From Catajapyx aquilonaris (lineage: Eukaryota): a stretch of DNA of 64,000 nucleotides. The notes beneath the pieces are model-generated. The model searched no databases, was not told the DNA's origin, and saw nothing but the letters and a program-made list of their open reading frames with translations. Shown piece by piece: positions 25,701 through 38,340 of this stretch. The stretch is from positions 62,001 through 126,000 of the forward strand of contig KZ538068.1 in assembly GCA_000934665.2 (NCBI GenBank), given 5' to 3'. Position 1 is the stretch's first letter. Each line of letters opens with the position of its first letter. A program made the position numbers and the translations under genes.

Positions 25701-27590
25701 AAGGAATTCATTCTGACCTACAAGGGGGTGTCGTCGAGACACCCAATTATCTCGGGAGCCAAGCGACAATAATAATCCTCAAAATGAGATGGGTTGAGGC
25801 GAACAACCAGAGCGATTTAAAGTGCAGGAGTGTATATCTAGGCTAGAAAGTTTCTCAATGTGTATGCAAGTTTACTAACTACATGGGGGATATCAAAAGT
25901 TGCTTTATTAAACAGCAGGGAATTTGGGAGTCGAAAATTCGCTTCCAAATATACATTGACACGAATGAGGTCAAGTATGGCGTCGTCCCTTTGTTAGAGG
26001 TACCAGATCCACATGAAATCCTATAGGTTCATCTGGTAACACGATCCGAGCCTAGGGGTGGGAAATCGAATGCCACTTAATTCCTCCTATTGGTGGGTCC
26101 CAAGTGGGAGTTGCGGTCAACATGACCCCTTCTCATGCCACATGATTCTCCTTCTGACGTCGTAATTAAGCCGGAGAGAACCCTCTCGCGGAAGAGGTAA
26201 TGCCACCCTAGGTGTGAGTAAATCTTTGTAATCTAATACTTTACAATGGTTCCGTGTTGTGGTTTTACCGGAGAAATTGCTCCAAGTACCTACACTAAAT
26301 CTGTTCAGACGGACAGCTTTTCGGAATTGGCCTTTCGCACACAGGCATAATTGCAATGAAAATCGATTCACCTCATACGTTGCAATAATGTCGGATAAGG
26401 AGGGGGAGGATAAAACGTGAAAGGTATACGGCGGGACTAAATGTTGGAACATCTCTTCCCAATCGTTCTAATGGAATGGCCACTCTAAAAATTGAAGTCC
26501 AAGATATTGGAACGCTGACTCAGCTAGAATAACTGGAAGGGGACTTGTCTGGCAAGTCTTTTAGATTTTTTTTGGAAGACTCTTTCAAAGTTGAAGAAAC
26601 ATTTTAAAAACTTATTTTAGTATCCACTTGCAATTATAGAATCTCACGAGTTATTTCAAATGGGGATATCAGCACTTGATTTTTGTCCAATTAAGTTTAA
26701 TTGCAACTGAAGTAAAACCATGAAGTTGGAATGTTAGACACATTCCTATGTTGGACATTTTAGAACAGTGAGTGTCCAAGAGGTCGTCACTTCTGACCAC
26801 GAGAGGTCACCTCAGAATCGTGTTCGTGGTCCCCACAGGTCCCCACAAGACTGGTGGACATCACAATTTCATACTTATTTTTGCACTTATGCCATTTTTC
26901 CTAGAATTTTTACAAATGTCATCCATGAAGATAATATCATTGCAGGTACTTAGTATGCAACAATCGATATTCAGCCCCATCTTCAACACTGACCAACCAA
27001 GCATACAAATTGGGCTTCTCTCAAAAAAAATTTAAGTGAATGTTCCTGGCCTTATTTTGCACCACACCTCCATCTGATTAGTCGGAATGACAAGAGTGAT
27101 CTGTTGGGACCCGTAAGCAGTCAACGGAGAAAAGAGCAGCAGTAGCGTGCAGTCACCTCCGCCTCAATACAAAAGGCTGCACCCCAAGGGTATTAGACTT
27201 CCTAATCGTACTTGAAACCCCTTGGCTTAAAGAATGCCATCGTTGATCTCATTACTCCGATTTCTGTCATTTTTCACGGTGGCGAAGAAATGTCATGCAT
27301 ATTAATTCGTCGACATCCGCAGGAGGAAATTGAGTGAACCCTCTAATTTGGCGCTAGACCCCGCGAGGACGGGAACTCCCTCTTAGCCCCCCCCCCCCCC
27401 CCCNCCCATTCCACGTGGGAGGATTACCAGGCAAGTCCTCGACGTGCGCCAATAATGAATATCAATGAGCGGATCCTTTCGTGTCACGTGTCAATGACTG
27501 ATCTTTGCTGCGCACTGCATTCCGGACATTTTTGAGGGACACCCTGTACATGCCCATACAAAAATGTCAAATATTTTGTCTAATTGCGTC

Positions 27591-27925
27591 GTAATTCATG
27601 TACTGATAACTGATTCATGTACCGACTTGAAGGTGGTATTTTATGATCAAAACATATCGTATACAAGTCAGTGTAGACGGTATTTGAAGTCTCGGCCTCA
27701 ATCAGTTTCGGCCACTTTATCCTGGTATTGAAGAAACCCTTCGCACAGCCCCCACGGTGAGGACGTGTATGTGTGTGAAGGGTTGCTTCAAGACCAGGAT
27801 GAAGTGGCCGAAACTAATTGAGACCGATAGTACCATTTTCAAGTCAGTACATCGGAACGATTGGTTGGTCAGTACAGTACTTGTTAATTACAAACTACAA
27901 CTGCCAGAATCGGTACATGAATTAC
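27591..27925. mobile_element. Palindromic MITE, family B core (27697-27833), within an outer inverted repeat
   Basis: Core arms CTCAATCAGTTTCGGCCACTTTATCCTGGTATTGAAGAAACCCTTC / GAAGGGTTGCTTCAAGACCAGGATGAAGTGGCCGAAACTAATTGAG. Outer arms GTAATTCATGTAC / GTACATGAATTAC and ATGTACCGACTTGAAGGTGGTA / TACCATTTTCAAGTCAGTACAT. The core recurs at 57228-57362. Confidence 0.8.
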
Positions 27926-29230
27926 ATTGTTGTCAGTTTTTCATGTCCAACTTATTAGCTGATTATTATCCGTCTACATCAAATGTATAGCAGTTTTATT
28001 TCCACATGTATTGTTGTTCAAAAAACATATTTTATTTATTTTTTACTTCAGCTGTGCAGCTCTTATTGTGGCGCGTTACAGACTAGATTCATAGATGCGT
28101 AGGATTATTATTGACTATTAATCCAGAATACATGCATAAGTGATGGCGTGTTGAACGCTATAACCCGACGGATTGACGTCATGTACCATGTGCAAATCTT
28201 CGGTTGTGGTGAATATTCACAAGCCCTCCCCACACCAAATCCTCCTCCCCCCCTCCTCCCACCATTTTTCTATCCTACTTTGCATCCGCGGATGAAGCAC
28301 GTGCAAAATTCTGATGGTACAACATGAGGGGATTTCTGCAATGATGCTGCCAAAAAATTTTCTTCCAACTTTTTACAGTTTTCGAACCAGGGACGTAATC
28401 CTTACTAAATGATAAATAAATTACTGTTTAATGGAAGGCACTTGTCAATTTGCATGCTAATTGGAGGGTCATATGGTGCTGCTCAGAATTAGACCGTAAA
28501 ATGGAGACGGGAAGCAAAATTACCTGCGGATTCTAATTTATAAGTGAATTATGCATATTCAAGTCAACCAGAATGTTTTGGGGTCGCCCATTTTCTGGAG
28601 GCTTGAGGTAATTTTTTGTACGTACCGTGATAATGAGCTGCATAAATACTTAGGAGGATGGGCTCAATTATTCAAGAATCGGCGCAATATGGCTTTTTAT
28701 AACGGTGTATGCCTGCAAAGGGTGCAACTGACAACGATATTTTTTGCATACCGGTGTACGAGATGGCTGTCTGCCCTAGGTTAGAAGGAAAATTTTTAGC
28801 AATATATTAATGTCAGACTGTGCAATATCGCGATTTTTATACTGAAAATTTGTGGGCATATCGCAATAGGCATCAAAAATCGCAGATCAAAATCTATATT
28901 GCACTGATATGTTTTATGTCAACATGTATAGAATTACGTACGCTCGTAGATATGAACGTGATACGATTGCCACTAGAATCAGATGCGACAATGTTGTTAC
29001 AATATCCCTTTGTTAATATAGATGTCACATCTCATTTCATCCCTAACTGACAATAAAATACAAAACAAGATTGGCAAATCACGGGAGAGTGATTAGAGTA
29101 GACTTTTTCATATACGGTCCTATCCATAACTCATTTTCGGCCAAATGTGGTCTTCCCCTTTTCCTCTCCCCCCCAGACTGCCCATTTTCCCTTTAAAAAT
29201 CTATCCTATAGCTAAGCCATCTTTTAGAGT

Positions 29231-29571
29231 TGACCTTTTCTCATCCATCGAAAAAAGTCTTATAGCACGGCTCTGTCCGTCCGTCCGTCTGTGGACAATT
29301 ATCAGGTATCAGGGGTTAGGAGGAGGGATGGGGAAAGGGTGATCTGGGGAGGGGACTGTGGNGGGGGGGGGACTGGGAGGTCAGGGGTAGGGGGCGGTGG
29401 GGAAAAGTGGCAGTGGGGGAAGGGGCAGCCAGGGGTAAGGGGCGGATCGAGTCAACCCGGAACCCGAAAATCGAAAAAAGTCTTATAGCACGGTTCTGTC
29501 TGTCTGATACCTGTCCACAGACAGACAGAGCAGTTCTATAAGACCTTTTCTCGAAAAAATCTAAAAGGTCA
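29231..29571. mobile_element. Non-autonomous inverted-repeat element with subterminal (GTCY)n microsatellite
   Basis: Left end TGACCTTTT..TCGAAAAAAGTCTTATAGCACGGCTCTGTCCGTCCGTCCGTCTGTGGACA mirrors the right end TGTCCACAGACAGACAGAGCAGTTCTATAAGACCTTTTCTCGA..AAAAGGTCA. G-rich interior. Confidence 0.65.
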
Positions 29572-29645
29572 TAGATTTCAGAGATTTGAAATTCCACATA
29601 TCATACCGTAAGATCGGAAATTTAATTAATATTTAATTGATATTT

Positions 29646-29900
29646 TATTTATTTCTTTTATTTCTTTTACCCCATTGGGAGCATCGGCACTCCATTAGGG
29701 GGGTAGAATACCACCACTGGAGGAGGTCAAGATAGGGAAGGAAGGAAGCGGCTGTGGACTATTATACGGAAACGGTCCCGGAATTGTCCTGGGGTGACCG
29801 TGGAAAACAACGGTCAGGATCGCCGGCTCCGGGATTCGAACCCAGGACTTCCCGATTATCAGTCGGACGCCTTAACCATCCCACCAATCTGCTTTGGTAA
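29646..29900 (-). mobile_element. tRNA-derived SINE, family 1, full-length copy with 15-bp TSD
   Basis: Minus strand reads TGGTGGGATGG (A box), GGTTCGAATCCC (B box), a body shared with 18672-18870, and an A-rich tail. Flanked by the exact direct repeat ATTTAATTGATATTT at 29631-29645 and 29901-29915. Confidence 0.92.
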
Positions 29901-32900
29901 ATTTAATTGATATTTACTTGGTTTATTCATAATTCTTACATTAAAATTTGTTCTTGTTTACTTTTTTAAGGCTAAAAACGTTTAAACATTACATTGGCCT
30001 ATGCTGGCAGTGTCTAACAACCTGCTGACCTTCAAACCAACTGAACTACCAGACAAAATTAGTCTCACAAAATGTCCTCCATCAGCCGCCATTTCTTTTT
30101 TTGAGCGAATCAAACCGATTTGAGTGTATCAAGTTCGAACCAGCCTCCGCGAAGCAGTAAAAGGAAATTGAAATTCGCCGCGACTGCGATTCTCTTCCGG
30201 AGCTCTGAATTTCTCAGTTTCTGCCTGTCTGCTTGGGATATCTGTTATTAAAATTTATTGTTTTCATTTGTTGGAGGACAGATCTCCTGAATTTTGGTCA
30301 CGACCATGCAAAGAATTCTGGGCCACGACGGTGATGAGTTTTCATCCGCGGCACTTGGACTTTTGCTTGGCCAGGCGCCATCTTTTACCTCTCATCACGC
30401 GCGAAGATGCGGAACGAGGGAGGGGGAAGAAGCGGGGGGATAGGGGAAGGGTGGAAGATTTGTCATGCTCACAGGCAGTGACAAATGACACCCGCCCTTC
30501 CCTAAAGATAGCTCTCGGTCATATTAATTCGCGGATTTTCTAACCTAAATTCTGGCCTTAACCTGGTGAGCTTTCCATGGTATTCGCACGACCAATTCCC
30601 TAACTAATAAAGACCTTATTTAGTACTATAGGTCGTATCTTGGCTATAAAGGAGGTGCACCTGTTTCTAGTAACTGGTTGCGTAATATGTGGTGTATATA
30701 TTGCGACCTGATGTAATTTACTGGGAGCATAGAAACGCCACGGACCTAGGGTTTCATGGGGAGGAAATTTCAAGGTACTATTCCTGCTCGGCATTGCCCT
30801 ATATCTCATCCTATAGGAGGGCTTTATGAAACCGCGGCCAAGGAGCCTTCCAAGGATACCGGAGAAATAGAGATAAAAAAAAGAAGAAGGAAGATAAGGG
30901 TAGAAGAGATTCTCTTGACAAGCGCAGGAACACGTTAGTAAACATCTTGACGAGGAAATGCTCGATTTTTTTTTTTCGAGTTTTTTTGGCAAGTATTTCG
31001 TCTTTTGGGGGGATGGTTTCGCCGAGTTAGATTTTCTGATGGAGTTACGTATCAGGGTCGTTCTATTTTGCGCTTTCCTGATGCGCTGCAGGGTGGGCGG
31101 GCTCACAAAGGACAAGTCTATATTACAGTGAACATGCTGCTGTTTGTAGTCTAATGATCATGGAAATGTCACAGGTCGCAGGATGTGTACGTCTCTATTT
31201 ATAATATGAAGTATGTTATGATCATCATTGTCATTAGCCATAGTCTACACATGCCAAAGCAATATAATGGCCTACACTGTATTAGGTAAGGATTGTTATA
31301 TAATTATACACTACAGATAAGCAGCCGTCGGGGTTGGTGGAACACAATCCGGATTGCTTTATACTGTAAGTTATATAGTACTGTAGATATTAGGTTTGTG
31401 ATTCGGCCTACATGCTTCTGTGCTTCAGGAGTACAAAACTTTGCAGGATGGCAAGTGCTAATAGTATGAGCATCAAAGGTGCAGCATATTCTCCTTGGAG
31501 TCGTAACTAAAGCCAACATCTACTGTACACCAGTTGTGTACTGTTTCACTATCTGGCAATATTATTGTTAGAAGAGGTTGCCCTTACAAGTGAGTATAAA
31601 GCAGATGACGATTTGACTGCATTGCAGAGTAGGGTTGGTCTAAACTAGGGTGGGGGTGGACAGTGCTTATAATCAACCATAAGAGAGGCCAACTGCCTAC
31701 TATTATTGCCACTAACGCAACTGAAACCAATGATGCCAAACTTTGCATGGTGATACGTCACATGATGACCAGCTGGGATTCGCCAACGAATTAGGCAATT
31801 AATCCTATTTTTACCCGATTCAATATCTGTTTCATGCCCTTTATTAAAGACTAGCTTTATTGGTCCATACCAGTGTGGGAGGGGACCCTACCTTAATTAA
31901 TTGCTTGTTACTTCCAGCCAACCATACAGCCATAACATGTTGGATATTTTTGGGTTGATCCAGTCGATTTGTGTGACACTTATTATTTTATAAAAATAAT
32001 TCAACATTTAATAAAAATATTGGCATCCTCACGTGCCTGTGATCGGACCCCAGCTGAACCCTTGACGTCTCATTTACTCCCGGAAACAATCGTGATTGAC
32101 AACATCTGCCATACATCCAGGGCATCGTTTTGGCAACCAGGAAAAAGGCCCATGACTGCCCCAAGTTGTGATCCCATCTGCGGTTTTTGGACGGTGTTGG
32201 GGGTGGCCAAAGGCATGCACCGATCCAATCTGTTTCTCCCTATTCCTTTCCTCCCCCAATTTCCTTTTCGGCACCCCCCCCCCCTCCTTTTTGCCTTTTG
32301 GCCCATCTTGAATGCCTTCTTGGCAAGGTGATGACAAAGGCCCAGTGCCCCTCTGCTGCTGCCGTGACTGGCATAATGGCATCCGTCAAAAGGAGGAAGG
32401 CTGTCTTGGGTGGGTAGGGGGTGAGTTTCCCCAGCATCCATTGGGGAAATGTAAATGACGGCGACATCCTCCTTGCACCGAAGGAATCCTAGTCGCTATC
32501 TCATGAAAGAATCAAAGTATATCATAGTTGGTCGACAGGCCCCACCACTCCCTAGAGCTAGGAAAGAGGTGGTTGCTCCGAGATCTATAGCCTATTTCCC
32601 GAAAGGTTGCACCGGCTAAGTGGAACTTACGACCTACCCCTCATCTTATCTTATTGCTTACTCTAGAGCTTTTTTTTCTGAGGGCGGGAATAGCCGGGGC
32701 TTCTCGAATTTTTTTGAGGAATATTCCGATAAGATGTGACCCCCTGAGGTAATATCTAGTGTGCCACCCAACTTTATCTACAGCCTAGAGCGGAGGATAG
32801 GCTATACTGGCCAGCTTCTAGATTATCTCCGTTTCTGCCAATAGGCTGTGTGAAGTGTATTGGGGGAAAGGATCTTCTAAGGTTCTTTTTTTTTGTGTGT

Positions 32901-35900
32901 GTAAGGGTCTCTTTTCAGCGAGAGTCTGGCCTTATCGCTTCAGTGGTCAAAAGAGATGCCCACGAACGAATACCGGGTTTGCTAAAATTGAAAATCCGGT
33001 TTCTTAGGCTTGCAGATCCTATTCTATGACCGGCTGATAAAAGACTGGCCGCATGTGTTGGTCAGAATATTTTCCAGGTGGCAAATCATAGCCTGACTAG
33101 TTCTTATTCCGGTCTGAGATGCAGTCGGCAAAGAAGCTTTCCATTTTTTCACCCCCCATTGGTATGTATACGCAAAAAAAAAACAGATTTGCAAATTCCT
33201 AATGCATAGTCTCGACATGGCTCTTCCGCGCCACGGCACATTATTCAAAGTCTCATTGCCTTTGATTCTCCCACTGAAAAGGTCGAGAGAGCCAAACCTG
33301 AGGATTACTATTATGCCAGTCACATCTCAATTTCCCTTTTCCTCAATCCCTCTGGAGCCACCCCCTCCCCTTACTATAAAAAAAGTACCGCATATACCAA
33401 CGCCTTTATGTCCCCAAAGGCAAGTGCCGCTTTTCAAAGGAGTTGACATTTCTTCACGCCATATTGTGTATTCGACTCCTTCAGAACATGCTCTATGTGC
33501 CCCTCTTATATACCTCCTGTGTTCCCTGGGTCGGCAGCTATCGCATGAATATTGAGGACCCCCTGGAATTGCCCTGGGACTTAAGAGCTCTAGGACTTTG
33601 TCTCCAATATGTGGCTCCAAACAAAAAATTCTGGCAGTAGAGATTTTTTTTTAGATAACATCTTAGCCTCACATTCACATGGGACTACTCCTTTTAAATG
33701 AATATTGAGAGCTACTTTGTTTTCACGGCCTTAGTAGCCATGCTAGAATTCCCTGGAGTCGACAGATCTGCCATCAAGCGAGAAAATGTAATGTGTAACG
33801 AAATACAGCGAGAAACTCAATTGAGCCCAATACGTGACGTAGGTATGAAGTACGGGAACCACCCACTGCCTCTTTTATTAGAGTTCCTGTGACGTCAAGA
33901 CACTGTAGGACGATCCATCGCTCTACGAAGTTAGCACTATTGTATATCCTACTCTAAATCGCGAGCAAAAAAATGTGGACGGTAGGTCATTACAGACGAG
34001 TGGTGTCACCTATACGAGTGCTGTCACCACCACCAGTCAGTAGTACTGACACCACTCATATAGGACATATAGGGAATTCGCCACAAGCACTCACTTATTT
34101 TATGGGAATTCGGGCAGGGTGAAACACCACACCACTTTGCATTTTGGCCAAGATGGCGAAGCGTGGGCAACGCCTTATCCCTCGGAAAACCTCCTCGGCA
34201 ATCTCTATGGCAACGGAAACCTCCTGGCTAATCTTGCGCATCTCTCCATTTGCACGTCCGACGGCTTCCTGCAGCAAATCTCAGCGGGGCTCAAAGAAGA
34301 AGAGGAGGGGGAAGGCGGGTGTGAGGGAAGGGGGGAGAGAAACTAGTCAAATCGGATAGCAGTGGTAGTAAACAGCCAGCAATATGCACTCCGAGGTACT
34401 ATCACCCCGGTAGGCTTTTAATTAGTTGGGAGGTCTCATTAGAATGCACCATCCCGATCTATGTCTTCCCCTCGACCAGTAGAGCTTGTCGAAGGCAATA
34501 AACACATGTCGAAATCAGGCGTCCCTCTAGTCTTTTCTCCTGGAAATTGTTTGCTGGGATCGATCTGAGAGGCTGGGGGGGGAGAGTCTCCGCCAACTGC
34601 GGACCCTAATTTGTCTAGATGCGCGCCAGTGGGCTAGACATCGGATCCGCCAACTACTCTGATTCTCCCTTCTGCTACTGCGACCCCACGGTGGCCTATA
34701 GGCTATGAGTAGCTTTGGCAACGTTGGGTGTCATCATCATGCGTAATTTGTATGTGAGAGGCCATTTTGTAGCAATTTATTAGCCGTGGAAACAGCAAAA
34801 GTGAAAAACAATGAATCATTGAAAAATAGAAAAATAAAAAACAATGAAAATATGTACGAATTTTAATATTTAATTTCCACAAATTTTGCTCTAAAATTTT
34901 AATCCCATGGACCTCCCAAGTCCCATCAATAGACATCCTACGGACATCCCATGGCTATCGTCATCATTTTTGTGAAAAATTAGCAGAATTGTGCCACAGA
35001 ACTAAGCGACGCCACCTGTGCCTGCGAGCAGTGTCAGTACTACTCATACGTCACACTCACCCATTAGTGTTGATATTGCTTCTAGGCTTCGTCGTTACAT
35101 GCTTATATAGCAAATGTTTTCAGGGATGCTCTAACTCTGGGAAAAATTCCAGGTATGGCCAACCTGCGGCCGGGGTTTATCTCCCGAGTTAATAACAAAA
35201 ACAACAGCGCAGTTTGGAGCTCCACTAAATCGAGGTTGGGAGAGCTTGTGTAGGACGAGACGGCAAAAGGTAATGAATCCCCATGTAATTTCATGATGCG
35301 TACAGCACATTTTACTTCCCCTGAAAAAAAACCATCCCCCTACTCTCATCAATTTCATGCCAATGATTAACTCACGTTATATTTTACTCTCTCTCGCTAG
35401 TTCAACTAATGACCCTCCGTTAATCAATTGCAACGCCCCGGCTATTATTACTAACCAGAACCGTGTGGATGCCGACTGTTTTATTTCCTGACAAATAAAG
35501 GTCTGGTCGTGAAATTGTTCCGTTAAGGGCACGTAAGGAATCCGCAATTTGAACCTGGGAAAGTGGAAGGCTCCTTTTCCTTGGTAAGATCAATAAAAGC
35601 ACGACCGTAATTCAAAATTTTTTCTGCTTTTCCAAAATTGAAACATCTAGGAGTTGGAAGTTAGCGTCTTTGAGGTCACAGCTGTTTCCTTCCGGTGACC
35701 ACATTTTGGAGGGAAGACTAGCATTAATTTACAATTAGAACCCCAGTTGTAACTGGTAGTTACAACCTGGGGGTGTTACACTTTCAAATTGGAAAGATCC
35801 AATTCCAATTCCCCGACAGAGATATGCTGAAATAAAGCTACGCATCGACTCTTTAATTTTTGATTCCAACGGTTTTACAACCGGATTAACGGTCACGCCT

Positions 35901-36466
35901 TCCCACTTAAAAGAGGAACAAATGTCTCCTTTATTTTGTATATTTGCCGCTTCCTATGAATAAAGAGACGAACCTTAAAACCTTTTACGGTGGGATTTTA
36001 TGAATACTAAAAGGTTTTCTGCTTGACTAAAGCCAAGATGAACCTTTTTTTTTTCTTTTCTCACACCTTTTTCCAGGCATTTTCTATGCAACTAAACGTT
36101 TTCCATACTTGAGCGCGTGTCATTTCCAAAGGTTTTAAAACGCGTCATTAACGAGGCATGAAAGAGGGTTAAGAGTCGATTATAAGGGGGACAAAGTGTA
36201 CTTTCAGGCAGGGTCAAGTCGAGGTAAGAGTCGTCATTATGGTGAATGGAATTCGTTTTTAGTGCTGAAAGGGACGCTGGCCAGAAAACCGATATGGTCG
36301 TACAGGGTGAGCTATATTATGGAATCCTTGAATCGTATAGGGTGTGGGAGAAACGTGGGTTTCGGCCATTGCTTTTATTTTCACCAAAATCCTGATTTGC
36401 TTGGCAAACATTGGCAATGGGAGTTTATTGCAAGAATGGAATGATTTGAATCACAATAGTAATATA

Positions 36467-36799
36467 CAGTGTGACCTTAAAGTCTGATACTATGGTTGGT
36501 TGCCAAAATACCAATAATTGTCAACGAAAAATACAGGGTGGTCCAAATTCGTGTGTCCTTTTTTGATAATATAGCCTGATATAAGTAATTTTTTGTAGCT
36601 TGTTGTGCCCCTAACCAGGTGCCACTTTTTATAGCAACTGCTATATTCGACCCCCTGGGAGTAATGGGGAACCTGGTTAAGAGCACAACAAGCTACAAAA
36701 TATAATTACTATCGGGCGATATCAGTTATAAAAACGACCCACGAATTTGGAACACCCTGTATAATATTATTACCTGTGTCCAGACTTTAGGTCACCCTG
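36467..36799. mobile_element. Outer Tc1/mariner-type MITE interrupted by a family A copy
   Basis: TA-CAGTGTGACCTTAAAGTCTG ... CAGACTTTAGGTCACCCTG-TA imperfect TIRs enclosing 36534-36759. Confidence 0.7.
36534..36759. mobile_element. Tc1/mariner-type MITE, family A, copy 2
   Basis: TA-CAGGGTGGTCCAAATTCGTG ... CACGAATTTGGAACACCCTG-TA; inner arms TGTAGCTTGTTGTGCCCCTAACCAGG / CCTGGTTAAGAGCACAACAAGCTACA. Confidence 0.9.
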
Positions 36800-36921
36800 T
36801 ACAATAAGTAAGAAGAAATCAATAGGATTCATTGAAATGTTACATAATGTAGTTAACTTCATTTTAAAGGGAGGAATAACACGAATATTAATTATACCTG
36901 TTACAAAGTGAAAGAATTATA

Positions 36922-37130
36922 CAGGGTGTCTCAACTTTTTTGTCCGAACAGTTATCGGAAAAGCCTATGTATCTTCTAGCTATGTAGCCAGAACATTCCC
37001 CAACATTCCTGGCACATCCCTCAACTGATAAAACCAGGGAAGAATCACTGGTTGCAAGTCACTGCTAAAAATAAGCAGCTTAGTGCAATATTTCCGATAA
37101 TTGTTCGGACAAAAAAGTTGAGACACCCTG
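36922..37130. mobile_element. Tc1/mariner-type MITE with perfect 29-bp TIRs
   Basis: TA-CAGGGTGTCTCAACTTTTTTGTCCGAACA ... TGTTCGGACAAAAAAGTTGAGACACCCTG-TA. The inverted match continues imperfectly (TTATCGGAAA / TTTCCGATAA). Confidence 0.93.
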
Positions 37131-38209
37131 TATACACTTTTATACATTTATTCACGGTATTAGTTCCCATAGAGGGGTAGCCAGTCCAAGAATTTTGTAA
37201 GAATTAATTTCATGAATTCCTGTTGAATGTAAAATGGCGTAAGTCTTAACAATTCTTTCATGACTACAAAGACAAATTTTCATCAACTCATTTGTGCATT
37301 TGAAAATAAAATAAACACAAAATTATTAAAATTAAATTAATCCCAAACGTGTAAAATTTCTCTTACCTATTTTTTACATATTTATGTTGTCTACATTAAT
37401 ACAAAACACCACAACTTGACTTGATAGTAGCCAGTTTGTATAAAGTACCTTAACGTCATTCAATTTTGTAAAACAGACGCAGTCGGTACCTGACTCTCTC
37501 CATATGCGCCCATGCNNNNNNNNNCCCCCCAAAAAAAAAACACCCATTCCAACCAAGAAGGTGGAAACATCCGTAAAACCAGGCGACTTCTCCGCCTGCC
37601 CAAGTTCACTCCTCGCGAATTCCGTTTTTTTTCAGATGGCAGAACACGGCAGCATTTCTTTCAAAATTTTATCGGCATAATTCGGAGAGGAGGCTGGTGC
37701 TAGGGGTGCGTGGCATGCCCCAAGAAAAGCCTAGGCGGTGGAATTCCTTGCGCTTAGCACGCTTCTGTTCTTTATGGGTACTCTCTTATTTTCTCCGCCG
37801 ACATAGAAGCCATGGAGAGCCCTGCACGATGGCTCTCGGGGAAATTTTTGCCCTGCTGACTCGCACATTACGTCGTGTAATGAGCACTCAGGTTAGAGTA
37901 AGGCGACTGAATTGGGATGCTGGGAGAATCCAACCACTTAGCCCCGGCCAAGTGTCGCGCCCGGAATCACCCAAAGAGGAAACAGAAAACAGAATCCTTG
38001 ACAGTAACTGAAAGAGAGCGTCGGAGCAACCCACTCGGAAATTAAATTACCTGCTTTCCCCCCATTTCTTTTTTCCCTTTACTCCCCAAGAAACCGAGGA
38101 CTTTCTTGGCCCAGGATTCTCAGGTGCCACCAACAAAAATCCCTCAATGCTGTCAGATCCACCTCTAAATGAAATTCCGCTGACCGGAATTGCTTATAAA
38201 GTTATGATG

Positions 38210-38340
38210 GTCAACTCTGTGCCACACCTGTGTCAACACTGTGCCACACCTGTGTCATCACAGTGCCACACCTGTGTCGACCCTGTGCCTCACGTGTGTC
38301 AACCCTGTGCCACACCTGTGTCGACCCTATGGTCAACCCT
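38210..38340. repeat. Minisatellite, 22-bp unit (GTCAACCCTGTGCCACACCTGT), ~5-6 copies
   Basis: Direct tandem repeat read from the sequence. Confidence 0.93.

Noticed and set aside
30600..31115. Longest ORFs in the track (171 aa here; also 20339-20818, 39467-39964, 48601-49068, 62039-62524)
   Set aside because: No recognisable domain, low-complexity or homopolymer-derived residues, several non-ATG starts, and lengths compatible with chance in 64 kb.
37516..37540. N bases beside poly-C/G tracts (also ~16823, ~27404, ~29362, ~49493-49499)
   Set aside because: These are sequencing or assembly ambiguities at homopolymers, not biological features; tract lengths there are unreliable.
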